Assembly (NCBI RefSeq): GCF_011386835.1
Contig: NC_088797.1
Location: 34,162,001-34,226,000, forward strand
From: Chrysemys picta bellii
Lineage: Eukaryota
DNA length: 64,000 nt
Reading direction: 5' to 3'
Shown: piece by piece, positions 46,957-58,900 of the stretch
Layout: every line of letters begins with the position of its first letter
Numbering within the stretch: position 1 is the stretch's first letter
Notes under the pieces: model-generated
Seen by the model: the letters and a program-made list of their open reading frames with translations, nothing else
What the model was told of the DNA's origin: nothing
Databases searched by the model: none
Made by a program: the position numbers and the translations under genes

Positions 46957-49900
46957 TCAGGCGCAGCCCCCAGCCTCCTGGGAAGAGAGGGAGGCAGAGG
47001 AGAGCGAGCAGCTGTGGGGGAGGCTGCCCCCCAGCACCCGCCACTGGAAGATGCTGGTGTCCTTGCCCCCCAGTGAGACCAGGTGGCTGTCATCATTCGT
47101 GAAGCGCACATTAGTCACATGGCTCCCGTGGCCCCCATACACGTGGCTGGGCGCCTGCAAGAGAGAACAAGGGAGTGGGGTCAGGGGTGGGGACTGCCAC
47201 TGGAATACCACCCCACCCAGAACCTCCAAAGTGTTCCCCAACCCCCTGGTCGAGGCTCTTGGGCTCTGCCACTACCCCCAGGACCTCCCAGAACCACCCT
47301 GATACCCCAGTTGAGATCCCCCACCCCACTCAGAACCCCCAGAGATACCCCATTCCCCTGCCCAAGATCCTACAGAGACTCCCTGATCCCCTGGGATGTC
47401 CCCCCATAGAGTCCCCAGTTCCCTGCCCAAGACCCCCTGGGCATCCCTGTGCCCCAAACCCTCAGGGCAGTCCCCAGCCAATGGGCAGAGAAAACCCTAG
47501 TTAATCTTCCCCCCATATGCCTCCTCTCACCTCAGCCCTGGGGTCAGGGGTTAATTCCCCCCCCCCCCAGTCTCAGCTTGGCCCTGGCACAGGGTTAATC
47601 CCCCCCATCCCTGCCAGTCTCACCTTGGCCCTGGCACAAGGGTACTGGAACAGATGCACCTTGCAAAAGTCGTCTGCCACAGCGACTACACGCTCGTTGT
47701 GGGAGCGGCACAGGGAGTTGATGTCTGTGCCATCCGAGCCGTCCGGCCACACACCTGCAGGGGAGACACATGACATGCACAAACTGTTAGTGCTCCTTCC
47801 TGACCATGGCTCTGAGCCCCTGGGACCCCTTCCCGCCCCCCCCCCCCCGCTACACTCTTCTCCCAGGGAGCCCTTGTACCCCAACACTCGCCCTCTCCCC
47901 CCACACCCCATGGGGCCCAACCCTCACCAAAAACGTGGAAGCCCAGCACGCAGGTGTACGATGCCCACTCCCGGTCGCGGCTCTCAAAGCGATTCCTCAA
48001 CAGCTTGCAGCCGCCAGCCACATCCCCTGCAAACGGGGGAGAGATACACGGGGTTAGGGTCCCGCTGCAGCGACAGGCACTGCCACATGAGGGCACAGCT
48101 CCCAGCCACAGGTACCCAGGGGACAACACACACACTTGTCCCAGGGCACCAGAGCCACCTCCACCCATGACGGAGGTTTATGGACGGGCCCACGCACAAC
48201 GAGGGCGACTCACACCCAGGCCCCAGGGTGACGGGCTCCTGAGCAGTCCCCTTCCCGGCACTCACAGTAGAGGATCTCGTAGTCTCCAGAGTTGGACATG
48301 ATGAACTTGCTGTCCTTGGACCAGTCCAGGTGGGTGATGAAGCTGGAGTGTCCCTGGGGGGGAAGGGGAGGAACAGGGGCATCAAAACCAGTTACTCAAG
48401 GACCCCCCAGCCCAGCCTCAGGCACCTCCCGAGGGGGTACAATCCAAGGGCCTGGAATCATACACCCCCCTGGCTCCCAGGACCCGCCCCACATCTCCCA
48501 GAGACCCTCTCCCCTTCCCTCCTCTACCTTTGGTTCAGTGACCCACTCCACCATCCCAGTAGTCCCATCCCTGCCAGCCTCCTCCTGGCAGCCCTCTCTC
48601 CTTGCCCCCCCCTCACCGTGCAGCGGCCGAAGCGGCTGTACTTGCGCTCCCCCTCCCCCACGCTGTAGATGTAGATGAAGTTGTCGTGGGAGCCGATGGC
48701 CAGGAACTCACCATCTGCAAGGGGGAGAAAAGAGGGGTGGGAAGGGGGCCACGTGGGGGGCAGCTGCAAAAGGGGGGCAGAGGAGGGGTGGAAACAGAGC
48801 CATGGGGGAGGGGGGAGAATGGGAGGAACTTGCTGTCTCTGCAATGTGGGGAAGATGGGATGGGAATGGGAGCATGGAGTGCTGCGGGCCAGAGGGGGCC
48901 AGAGCTGCAGTGGGGGAGGAACCTGGTGGGAATGGGGCCTGCGGAGGGAAGAGGGGGGGAGCGAGGTGGGGGAGGGGCGTGGGGGTGTGGGGGTCTGACC
49001 TGGTGAATAGCGCACCACCGAGAGCTGCTCGTTCCCGTCCGAGCCCCCCGACAGCACCTGCCGTGTCTCTGTGTCCAGCACCAGCCACCTGGGGGGGCAC
49101 AGGAGGGGGTCAGAGCTCCCGCAGCGCCGGACATACAGAGACAGATAGAGGACCCCACCCCAGGGAGCAGGGGCAACAGAGGGGGTGGTTTCCGACCCTG
49201 AGGGCAAATTCAGTGACCCCTTAACCCCAGGGGGCCAGACTCAGGAAGCAGGGGGCAGAGCCCCAAATCTCAGGGTGCTGCTTGCAGGGCCACCAGTAGC
49301 TCAACCCCTTTGGGTGTGACTCTGGTGGGGCGGGAAGGGCTGTCCCAGCACCCCGAGAGGCCAGAATGGGGCAATGTGTGGGTGGGGAGAGAGTTACCGT
49401 CCAGTGTTGAGTCCTACTGCCACCACCCGGCCACTGGGGTGGAAATCAGCGCAGAGCCCAGTCTCCTAGGGGGGAGAGACACCCTGTAAGGACCTTGACC
49501 CTCCTCCCATCCACCCCACCCCACCTCCTCAGGCAGTACCTCCAGAGGAGGCTCCATCCCACTGCGTCCCCAACATGCCTCCTGGGGCGGTACCTCCAGG
49601 GGGAGGCTCCATCCCACTGCGTCCCCCCATACCCCAGGGGTGGTACCTCCACAGTGAGGCTCCAGCCCATTGCGTCCCCCATCCCACCGGGGTGGTACCT
49701 CCAGGGTGAGGCTCCAGGCCGCCGTGTGCTCCCCGCTGTCCCACATGCAGACCTGCCTGTCGTGCCCGCAGGTGAGGAAGAGGCTCCGCGAGGGGTGGGT
49801 GGCCAAGCCCCACAGCTCGTCCGTGTGACCCTGCAACCAAGGAGAGCCTAAGGGGGACAGGCGGGGGCCTAGCTCACCCCTTTGTATGCTGCTCCCTATG

Positions 49901-52900
49901 ACCTCGATCCCATCTGCCCCCCAGCCCCCAACCCCATTTGTCCCCCTTGCCATTCCACAGGGCCCTCTGCTTTCCCAAGCAGCCCCCACCCTGCTGTACC
50001 CCCAAAGCCCTCCCCAAAGCCCTCTCTTTCCCAAGCCCTCCCACAGCCCCTCAGTCTCTGTATCCCCCAGGCCCTCCAGCTCCCCGCTCACCTGGATGAT
50101 GGGGGTGAAGCCAGCGGCCAGGCTGCCCCTGAGCAGCGCATTGCGCGTAGTCCCAACCAGCAGCTCGGCCCCAGGGCCCTCGACGATGGTGCGCACAGCC
50201 CCAAACTGCTCCGGGATCTGGGAGGCACAAGGGGCTGACTGAGCAGGGGTGGAGACAGCAGGAGCCACAGATCCCCCCACATGCTCACTGCAGATCCTTA
50301 TCCCCACCCACGATTCCTCCAGACCCCTCCAGCAGATTCCCCTATGCCTCCTCCCACCCACAGCCTCCTGCTGCACCCCACACACGCACCCTGCAGATCC
50401 TGAGCGCCCACCCAGGACTTCTGTAGTTTCCCCAACCATGCCCCCCCACAGATCCCCAGCTCCTGCAGCCCCCTCACCGCCAAACACCCCCGTCCACCCC
50501 TGCAGATCCCCAAATCCACTACAGCACTCTCACCAACCCCCCAAACACCCTCTGCCTGCCCCTGCAGATCCCCCCACTACAGCCCCCGCACCGACTCCCA
50601 AACACCCCCAGCCCACCCTGCAGATCCCCCACCCACTACAGCCCCCTCACCTGACCCCCCAAAGGCCCCCTGCCCACCCCTACAGATCCCCAAACCCACT
50701 ACAGCCCACTCACTGACCCCCCCAAACACCCTCTGCCTGGCCCTGCAGATCCCCCCACTACAGCCCCCGCACTGACTCCCAAATCCCCCCTGCCCACCCT
50801 GCAGATCCCCCACCCACTACAGCCCCCTTACTGACCCCCAAACACACCCTGCAGATCCCCCACCCACTACAGCCCCCTCACCTGACCCCCCCAAAGGCCC
50901 CCTGCCCACTCCTACAGATCCCCAAACCCACTACAGCCCACTCACTGACCCCCCCAAACACCCTCTGCCTGGCCCTGCAGATCCCCCCACTACAGCCCCC
51001 GCACCGACTCCCAAACATCCCCAGCCCACCCTGCAGATCCCCCACCCACTACAGCCCCCTTACTGACCCCCAAACACACTCTGCAGATCCCCCACCCACT
51101 ACAGCCCCCTCACCTGACCCCCCCAAAGGCCCCCTGCCCACCCCTACAGATCCCCAAACCCACTACAGCCCACTCACTGACCCCCCCAAACACCCTCTGC
51201 CTGCCCCTGCAGATCCCCCCACTACAGCCCCCGCACTGACTCTCAAATCCCCCCTGCCCACCCTGCAGATCCCCCACCCACTACAGCCCCCTCACTGACC
51301 CCCCAAACACCCCCTGCATATCCCTCACCCACTACAGCCCCCTCACCGACCCCCCAAACACCTCCTGCCCGCCCCGCAGATCCCCCATCCCCATCCACTA
51401 CAGCCCCCTCACTGACTCCCAAACACCCGCTGCCCGCCCCTGCAGATTCCCCAGCCCCACCCACTACAGCCCCCTCATCAACCCCCAAACACCCTCTGAC
51501 CACCCCCACAGATCCCCCAATCACCTCCCCGCCAACAGATCCTGCAAGCAAATCCCCATCCATCTCTGTATCCAACTCCAGATCCCCTTGCCCAACCCCT
51601 GCATACACCCCAACCCTCCCCACAGATCCCCCTGCCCATCCTCCCTTCCAACACTGGCAGATTCTGACCCCACTCCTGCCGCCTACAATCCCCTGTGGAT
51701 CCCCCATACTCAACCTCACCCCAATCCCATGCAGATGCCACCCCAAGAACCACTGCCCTGCCCCCGCTTGGGATCTGAGCCCATTGGACTTCCTACCCCA
51801 CGCAGGTTCAGGGTCCCCCTCACCTCCACCTCCTGAAGCAGGGCAAGGCTGGGGCTCCAGTGCACGAGGCGCCGGTCCTTCCCGCCCCCACTCAGCACCG
51901 AGCCGTCGCGCCGCAGGCAGAGAGAGAAGATGCTGCCTTCGTGTGCACGGGTCTGACGCCCAATCTGGTAGGTCTCTGCAATGTGGGTTGGGGTCATTGC
52001 TGGGCCCTCTCCCCCCACTCCTCCCAGCCCACGGGAGTCCTGCATTCCCTCCACTCCAGGGTTCCCCCCACATCCTCACCCCCCTCCCCCAGCCTAGGGG
52101 TCTGTGCAGGCCTCCCGCCCCTGATACCTTTGGCGCCCTTGCCCAGCGTGCGGACGTCAGCGGCCGTGCGCGCCCAGGTCAGGATATTCCCCTCTGAGTC
52201 CCCAGTCAGCACGTCCCCGTTGGCATCGAACAGGAAGCACTGGATGAATTTGGGCTTCTTGTACTTCTGGAAATGGGGGGGAGAGAAGTGAATCGAGGAG
52301 GGGCTCATGGGGCAGCCAGGCCCAGCCCCTCACAGGCTGAGCCCAGAGCCCTTCCCCAGCCAGACTCAGCACAGGCCCCCGGCCAGGCTGAGAACTGCCC
52401 CCTCCAGCCAGCCCCCAGCCCCTCACCCCGAAGATGCCCTGCTTCTTGCTCAGGGTGCTGCCGCTCCAGGTCCAGAAGTAGACGTGGGATTTCCCGCTGG
52501 TGATGAAGTTGCTGCTGTCCTGGGGGTTGAACTCCACTGTGAACACAGACTCGTTGGTGCTCTGGAGAGGGGAGAGAGGGGGCATGAAAGGACAGGGGGC
52601 AACTGGAGGGTCAGGGGCATTGAGGGATTGTGGGTGCCCAGCAGGATTCTGTGTGGGGCCCCCAAAGGGTGTGGATGGGGAGACCCCTCATTGCTCCTTT
52701 CCCACCAGTGGATGACGGCAGGGGGATGCCCAGGGGCTGGGAGGGAGGGTCCCTTGCTGAGTTTTGGGGGGCACTTCTACCCCAGGGGAGTCCTCCTCCT
52801 GCAGCTAGCTCCATCCCCAGGAGAGCGGGATCGATGCACAGCCCAGCCTCAGACCCTTGGCCCAGCCTAGGGTCCCTGCGTGGTGGTGGGGGCAATGCAA

Positions 52901-55900
52901 TGACCTCAGCTCCCCAAATATGTACAGGGTGCCATGGAGACGGCACCCAGAAAGCAGGAGCAGCACCGCAGCATCACCCAGGGAAGGAGAATGGGGGCTG
53001 CAGCCTGGGTTCTCTTCCCAACTCTGGGAAGGGAGTGGGAGCTAGTGGGTGGGAGCAGGGATGGGGGCTGGGAGTCAGGACTCCTGGGTTCTGTTTCCTG
53101 CAATGCTATGCAGCCCTGGGGTCTGCCTCCTGACTCACCTTGATCTCGGCCTGCTTGGTGCCGCGGGCACAGTCCCACACCGACAGCATGTGCTCATTGG
53201 AGTCATCCACCACGCACAGATAGGCCCCCTGGTCCTGCAGATGGCAGCCGGGAAGGACAGTTGCCAACGGGGGCTCCTCAAGGAAGGAATATGGGGACAC
53301 GGGGGAATGGGGAACATGCAGGGGATGTGGGGGGGGGGCTGGATACAGGACACAAATTCATCTCCTCCCCCCCCGATTGCACAGCCCAGGCCCCCAGCAC
53401 AGCCAAGGCTGACAAGGACTGGGAGGGGAGGGGAATTGGGGGCACTCCAGCCGGGTTCACCTCCTGTCAGGCTGTCCTGAGGGAATCCTGCCTCCAGAGC
53501 CCAAGGGGGCAAGGAAGGATCCAAGCTGGGGTGGGGCAATGGGACAGCGTGGGGCAGGGATTTGAGTTGGGGGTGGAGAAAGGGAGGGCAGAGAGACGTG
53601 AGGCCAAGGGGGGGCAGAGCTAGCGCTTGGACTCACAGCAGTGGAGAAGGCAAGGGAGCCAACGCCCCGCTCGAAGCTCCCCAGGCCGATCTGCTGCAGG
53701 GTGAGCAGCGTGGAGGAGTCCCAGATGTGCACGAAGGGCTGCAGGGGCTGCAAGAGAGGAGATGGGTCAGGACAGGGACAGACACAGGAGCTGGGGGGTG
53801 TCAGGGACCGGGGGGGCAGGTCCAGGAGACAGGGCCTCCTGGACAGGGACCCTGCGGTAGGTCTGGCCTCCTGCACTGAGACCCCTGCTCTCCCCACCCT
53901 GTGGGGCCAAAGCCCAGGGCATGGCAGGGTTTCTCACCCGGCTTTCCAGGAAGCTGGCTCAGTGGGACTTCCCTAAATCCCGCTCTGGGACAGCCCTGCA
54001 GGATCTGTCCCCCCTCTGTGGGTACCTTGCCATCCTTGTCCACTCCAGCAGTCTGCCCTGTGGCCACGCGCACTCTGTCGGGATGCACAGCCAGGCTGCA
54101 GGGGAGAGATGGGGGGAGGGGGGGTTATTGGCTCAAAAACTCAGGGGCCACAGCCAGGGTGGAGACTAGCCTGGGACCCCCACACGTGCCCTTGCTGCAG
54201 TCAGTGCCTGCTGTGCCCTTGCCCTCCACTTCAGTCCGTGCCACCATGTACTCTCCCTCTGTCGTAGTTGGTGCTTCCCAGCAGCTCTGTGTCTCAATGT
54301 ACTCCCCATCTCCTTCAGTCAGTGCCCCCCAGGCCCTGGCCATCAGTCCACACGCCCCCTCGCACACCATCAGTGCTGCCCTGTGCACTCCCCCTCGCAC
54401 GCCGTTGGTGCTGCCCCGTGCACTCCCCCTTGCACGCCGTTGGTGCTACCCCGTGCACTCCCCCTCGCACACCATCAGTGCTGCCCTGTGCACTCCCCCT
54501 CGCACGCCGTTGGTGCTGCCCTGTGCACTCACCATCGCACACAGTCGGTGTGGCGCAGGTAGTGGCGCTGGCTGCGGTGCTGGATGTGGTACAGCACCAC
54601 CACACAGGCGATGAAGTAAACCAGCTCCCCTGAGGCCAGCACGTAAAGATTGGAGCGGCTGTCCCGGCCGCGGTACCCATAGCTGGGCAGGCCCGTCAAG
54701 GAGCACAGAGGGGAGCAAGGGGGCCAAGCCAGCCAGCCCCAGGGCTGGGGAAACAGAGGGGGACAGCGCACCTCGGGGGATGTGATGATTGGGTGGGAGC
54801 GCAGCACCCTCTGGGGGATCACAGCGCACCCTGTGGGACTGCAGGGGGGGCTGGGAGCACAGTGCACCCTGGGGTGGGGGGGCGGGAGTGCCGCACTCTC
54901 TGGAGGGGGGTACAGTGCACCCGGGGGGGGGGGCAGGAGCACAGTGCCCTCTGGAGGGGGGGCACAGCGTGCCTGGTGGGGGGCGGGAACACAGTGCCCT
55001 CTGGAGGGAGCAGGGGGCATAGTGCTCTATGGGGAGTAGTGCTGCCTGGGGCAGGGCAGGTGCGGGCTGTGGGAGGGGGGTATTGCCCTGCTGAAGGATA
55101 CACCCAGTCGAGCTGCAGGTGCTCAGCAGGCAGCTCCGCACGCAGCTCCTCGTAGTGGGAGATGCCCGATGGAATGTACATGGTGATGGGCCGGCCCCGC
55201 AGGAACATCTTGATCGAGAGGCCCTCTGGAGGTTAGCGGGGGTGGGAGGGAGACAGGTCACAGCCAGCGCCATCCCCCCAGCCCCATCCCATGCAGCCTG
55301 CCCACGCTTACCCCGTCCAACCCCCTGCCACCTCCACCCACCCCATCCACCGCATCCCCCAGAGCACCACACTCCCAGGCCATCCCACCACCCCCCCGGC
55401 TCCACCCAATCCCTCCCCACTCCATCCCATTCACCAGTCCCACACACACCTGACCTCCCACACCACCATCCCCTGGGCTTGCGCCCCTGCGGCACCTCAT
55501 CTCACAAGCCCCATCAGAAACATGCACTGGGTCCCATCCCCCCATGGCTCCAGCCACCCAGGGCAGCCTCCAATGCCTGTCCCAGTAGCCTCACCAAGGT
55601 TGTAGGTCCCACGCCGAGACCCCAAGGGCCCTGCAAGGAAACAGGGAGCATCAGGAGATTTTGGACCATGTGTGGCGGCACCAAGGACCAGGGCAAGGGG
55701 CTGAATTCCCACCACCACCACCACATGCCCTCCCCACACTGCCCAGGACCCTGGCACCAGTGAAATGACACCCCCTGGGCACTGACCACAACTCAGATTC
55801 CCCACAGCTCACCTGGGCTCAGGTTAGGGTCCTTCATCCGGCTGGAAGGGAAAAGCAGAGCATCAGCAGGGCGGGCTGTAGGGAGTGGGCTCTGGCTCTA

Positions 55901-58900
55901 ACTGTGGGGAGTGGAGCAGGGGGAACTCTATGCAGCAGGGTGCGTGTGTGTGTGGGGTGTTCCAGCAGGGATCGCGGCAGAGGGCAGGGGATGTGGGGGG
56001 AGGGCTGTTCCCAGCAGGGGTCACCGCAGGGAGTGTGGGGCTGTTCCCAGCAGGGATTGTTGTGGGGGACAGGGTGTGTGGGGGAGGGGGGGCTGTTCCC
56101 AGCAGGGATCGCTGTGGGGGACAGGGTTTGCGGGGGGAGCTGTTCCCAGCAGGGATCGTTGTGGGGGACAGGGTGTGCTGGGTGGAGCTGTTCCCAGCAG
56201 GGATCGCTGTGGGGGGCAGGATGTGCATGGGGAGGGCTGTTCCCAGCTGGGATCACCACAGGGAGTGGGGGGCTGTTCCCAGCAGGGGACACTGGTTCGG
56301 GGCGGGGGGGGGGTTTGGAGTGTCCCTACTTCTCCAGGCTGCTGGAGCGCGTGAGCAGGTTGGCGGAGGATGCTGCCTTCTTGCTAAGGCGCTGCCGGGC
56401 CTTGACCTTGTCAGGCTTGTCGGAGGAGCTGTTCCTGCGCAGGCTGGGGGGAAGAGGGAGTGGTAAGCAAAGGGTTAACTACATGCACCGGGGCGGTCAG
56501 CATGAGCCATCCCCCAGTTCCCCAAGGCATGAACTCCCTTTTTCCACATCAATCCACTCACACCCCATCTCAGGCAAAGGGGAGAATGGGGCTCTTTGTT
56601 CAGCGATTCCCCCTGAGGATCTCCCCACCCTGGCTCCCCTGTGCGGGGGACCTAAGACACAGACAGAGTCTGATTTTACCAGCCCCACAGTTCAGGCTGC
56701 ACTGGGGGATGCGGCTGGGCACATCAACTGGAAACAGAGCCCAGGAATCCTGGTTCCCAGACAGCTTCCTTCACCCTCCACCTTCTGGCCCCCGTAAACA
56801 CACACTCACCCACTAGACCCCAATCCCCACCCAGAGCCCTGGCTTCCACACCCCTGCTGTAACCATTAGACACCACTCCCCTCCCAGAGCTGACAATAGA
56901 GCCCAGGTATCCTGGTGCCCCCTCTGTCCCCCACTCACAGCTCTTTCCTGGTGCCTTTCAGGGCATGGACCGCTGGCACTGGGGAGGCCGTGGCACTGTT
57001 GCTGCTGCTCCCCTCGGATGGGGGCTCCGGGGATAGCATCTCCTCCCTATGGAGCTGACTCTCAGGGGGCTGGCTGCCATTTGCACTGCCCTGGAGTGGG
57101 GCGGCAGCTTCACAGTCGTGGGGAGGCTCGGAGGAGTCCTGGGAAGGCCCTGCTCCCAGTATGTCGGGGGCTGAAGCTGGCTGGGCCAGGCCTAGTGGAC
57201 TGTGAGGCATCCCCAGGGCATTTGGCTCTTCTGCCTCAACCCCGATCCCTGGCGGGGTCCTGTGGCTGGGGCTCCAGCCCCACTTCACGTCCAGCAGGGC
57301 CGACTCGTCAGTCTGGGTCCCGGTGCTGATGGGGGCGCCCAGCGGGCTCCCTGCACCCAACTCCTCATGGCACACAACTCCCGATCCGGGCACTGGGCTG
57401 TGAACCAAAGCACCACAGCATGGGCAGAGAGAACGCCCCGTGGGGTGGGAGACCCCTCAAGTGCCCACCTCACCCCCCTCAACCTGCCCACACTGCCTGC
57501 CCCAAAACCTCTTACCCCTCCAATCCCCCAGACTTGACCCCATGGCCTCTGCCTACTGTCTCCCCAAAATACCCCCATTGCCCCCCATCCCCTCTTCACT
57601 CCCATCTGGGGGGCTTGCCCTGGAGTCCCCTCCCCAGAACCTGGCACTCCCTCCCCCCTCAGTACTGATCCTGAACCTCAGGGTCGTGCCTGCCTCATGG
57701 CTCTGGCCCCCTCCCTGTCCCTAAGCCAGAAGTCCCTGGGGTCCCTGCACCAGGGTGGGGGCACAACCTGGGTGATACCTGCAGCTGGCAGTCAGTGGGA
57801 TCCAGGATGCCCCATGGCCCAGCGAAGGATCCAGGAACAGCCGGGTGTCTGGGACGGCATCATTCACTGCAGGGAAATGACAGAGAAATGTCAGCCCCAT
57901 GAGAAACCCCAACTCCCCAGATCACTCTAACGCTGCCCTCCACAGTGCCCCGACTGCTCCTGCCCTGTGTCCTACAGCGCCCTCTTCTGGGAGAGCCTGG
58001 GGCTGGAGTAACCCGGAGCTCCGCCCACAGCCAGCACTCCTGCCCTGCTCCATGCAGCGCCCGCTGCTAGACTCCTAACCCAGTTCCTTTGTATCCCACC
58101 TGCCAGTAGCTGCTGCGTGAGGAGTGGGATCTGCTGGTCGTAGAGGCTGAGTCTCCGCAGCGCGTCAGCCAGTGCTGATTTCACCAGTGTCAGCTCCTCC
58201 TCCTGGCTCTGCAACCGGAGTTCCAGGCTGGCCAACCGGTCAGGGCGCAGGGCTGAGATGGTCTCATCTAGCAGGGGCAGCATCAGAATCGTTAGCTCCA
58301 GTCACTTGGGCAGGTTCCTGCCCCCAAACCAGATCCCCCACTCTAACCACTAGACCTCACACCCCTCCCAAAGCAGGGACAGAACTCAGGAGTCCTGAAC
58401 CACAGCCCCCTGCTGCTCTAACTTGCTAGACCCTATGCCCCTTCCAGAGCTGGGGATAGAACCCAGGAGTCCTGACCCACAAGCCCCTCCTCTAACCTCC
58501 TCACATGGAATGGAGCCCCGAAGACCCCTAACACCCAATCTTGAGAGACAGGGAAGCTGATGCCAGGGAGAAGGGGCTGGACAGTGCCTGCTTACAGGGG
58601 CCGCTCCCCACCCCAACACCCCCTGCTGCATGATGGGGCAAGGACCAAAGCACTACTTCTACCCAGGCCAGCCCCAGCGGATGAGCCCCCACAGGGAGGA
58701 TTGAGAAGGAGCAGGAAGCCCAGGCTGAAAAGGGCTGGGGGCTCTGTGCAGGGCCAGAGGGAATGGGATCCTGCCCCTGAGGGTACCCCCCACATACACA
58801 CACTTGGGGCAGCTCTCCGAGCAGACTCCAGCAGGATGCGCTGAGGACATCCACCCCCACTGCCCCAGGCCCCCAGCCCTGGACAGGCCCTGCTTTGTCC

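Noticed and set aside
54350-54540. 35-bp and other periodic repeats as CRISPR arrays
   Set aside because: They are contiguous tandem units without unique spacers, in eukaryotic introns, with no cas genes.
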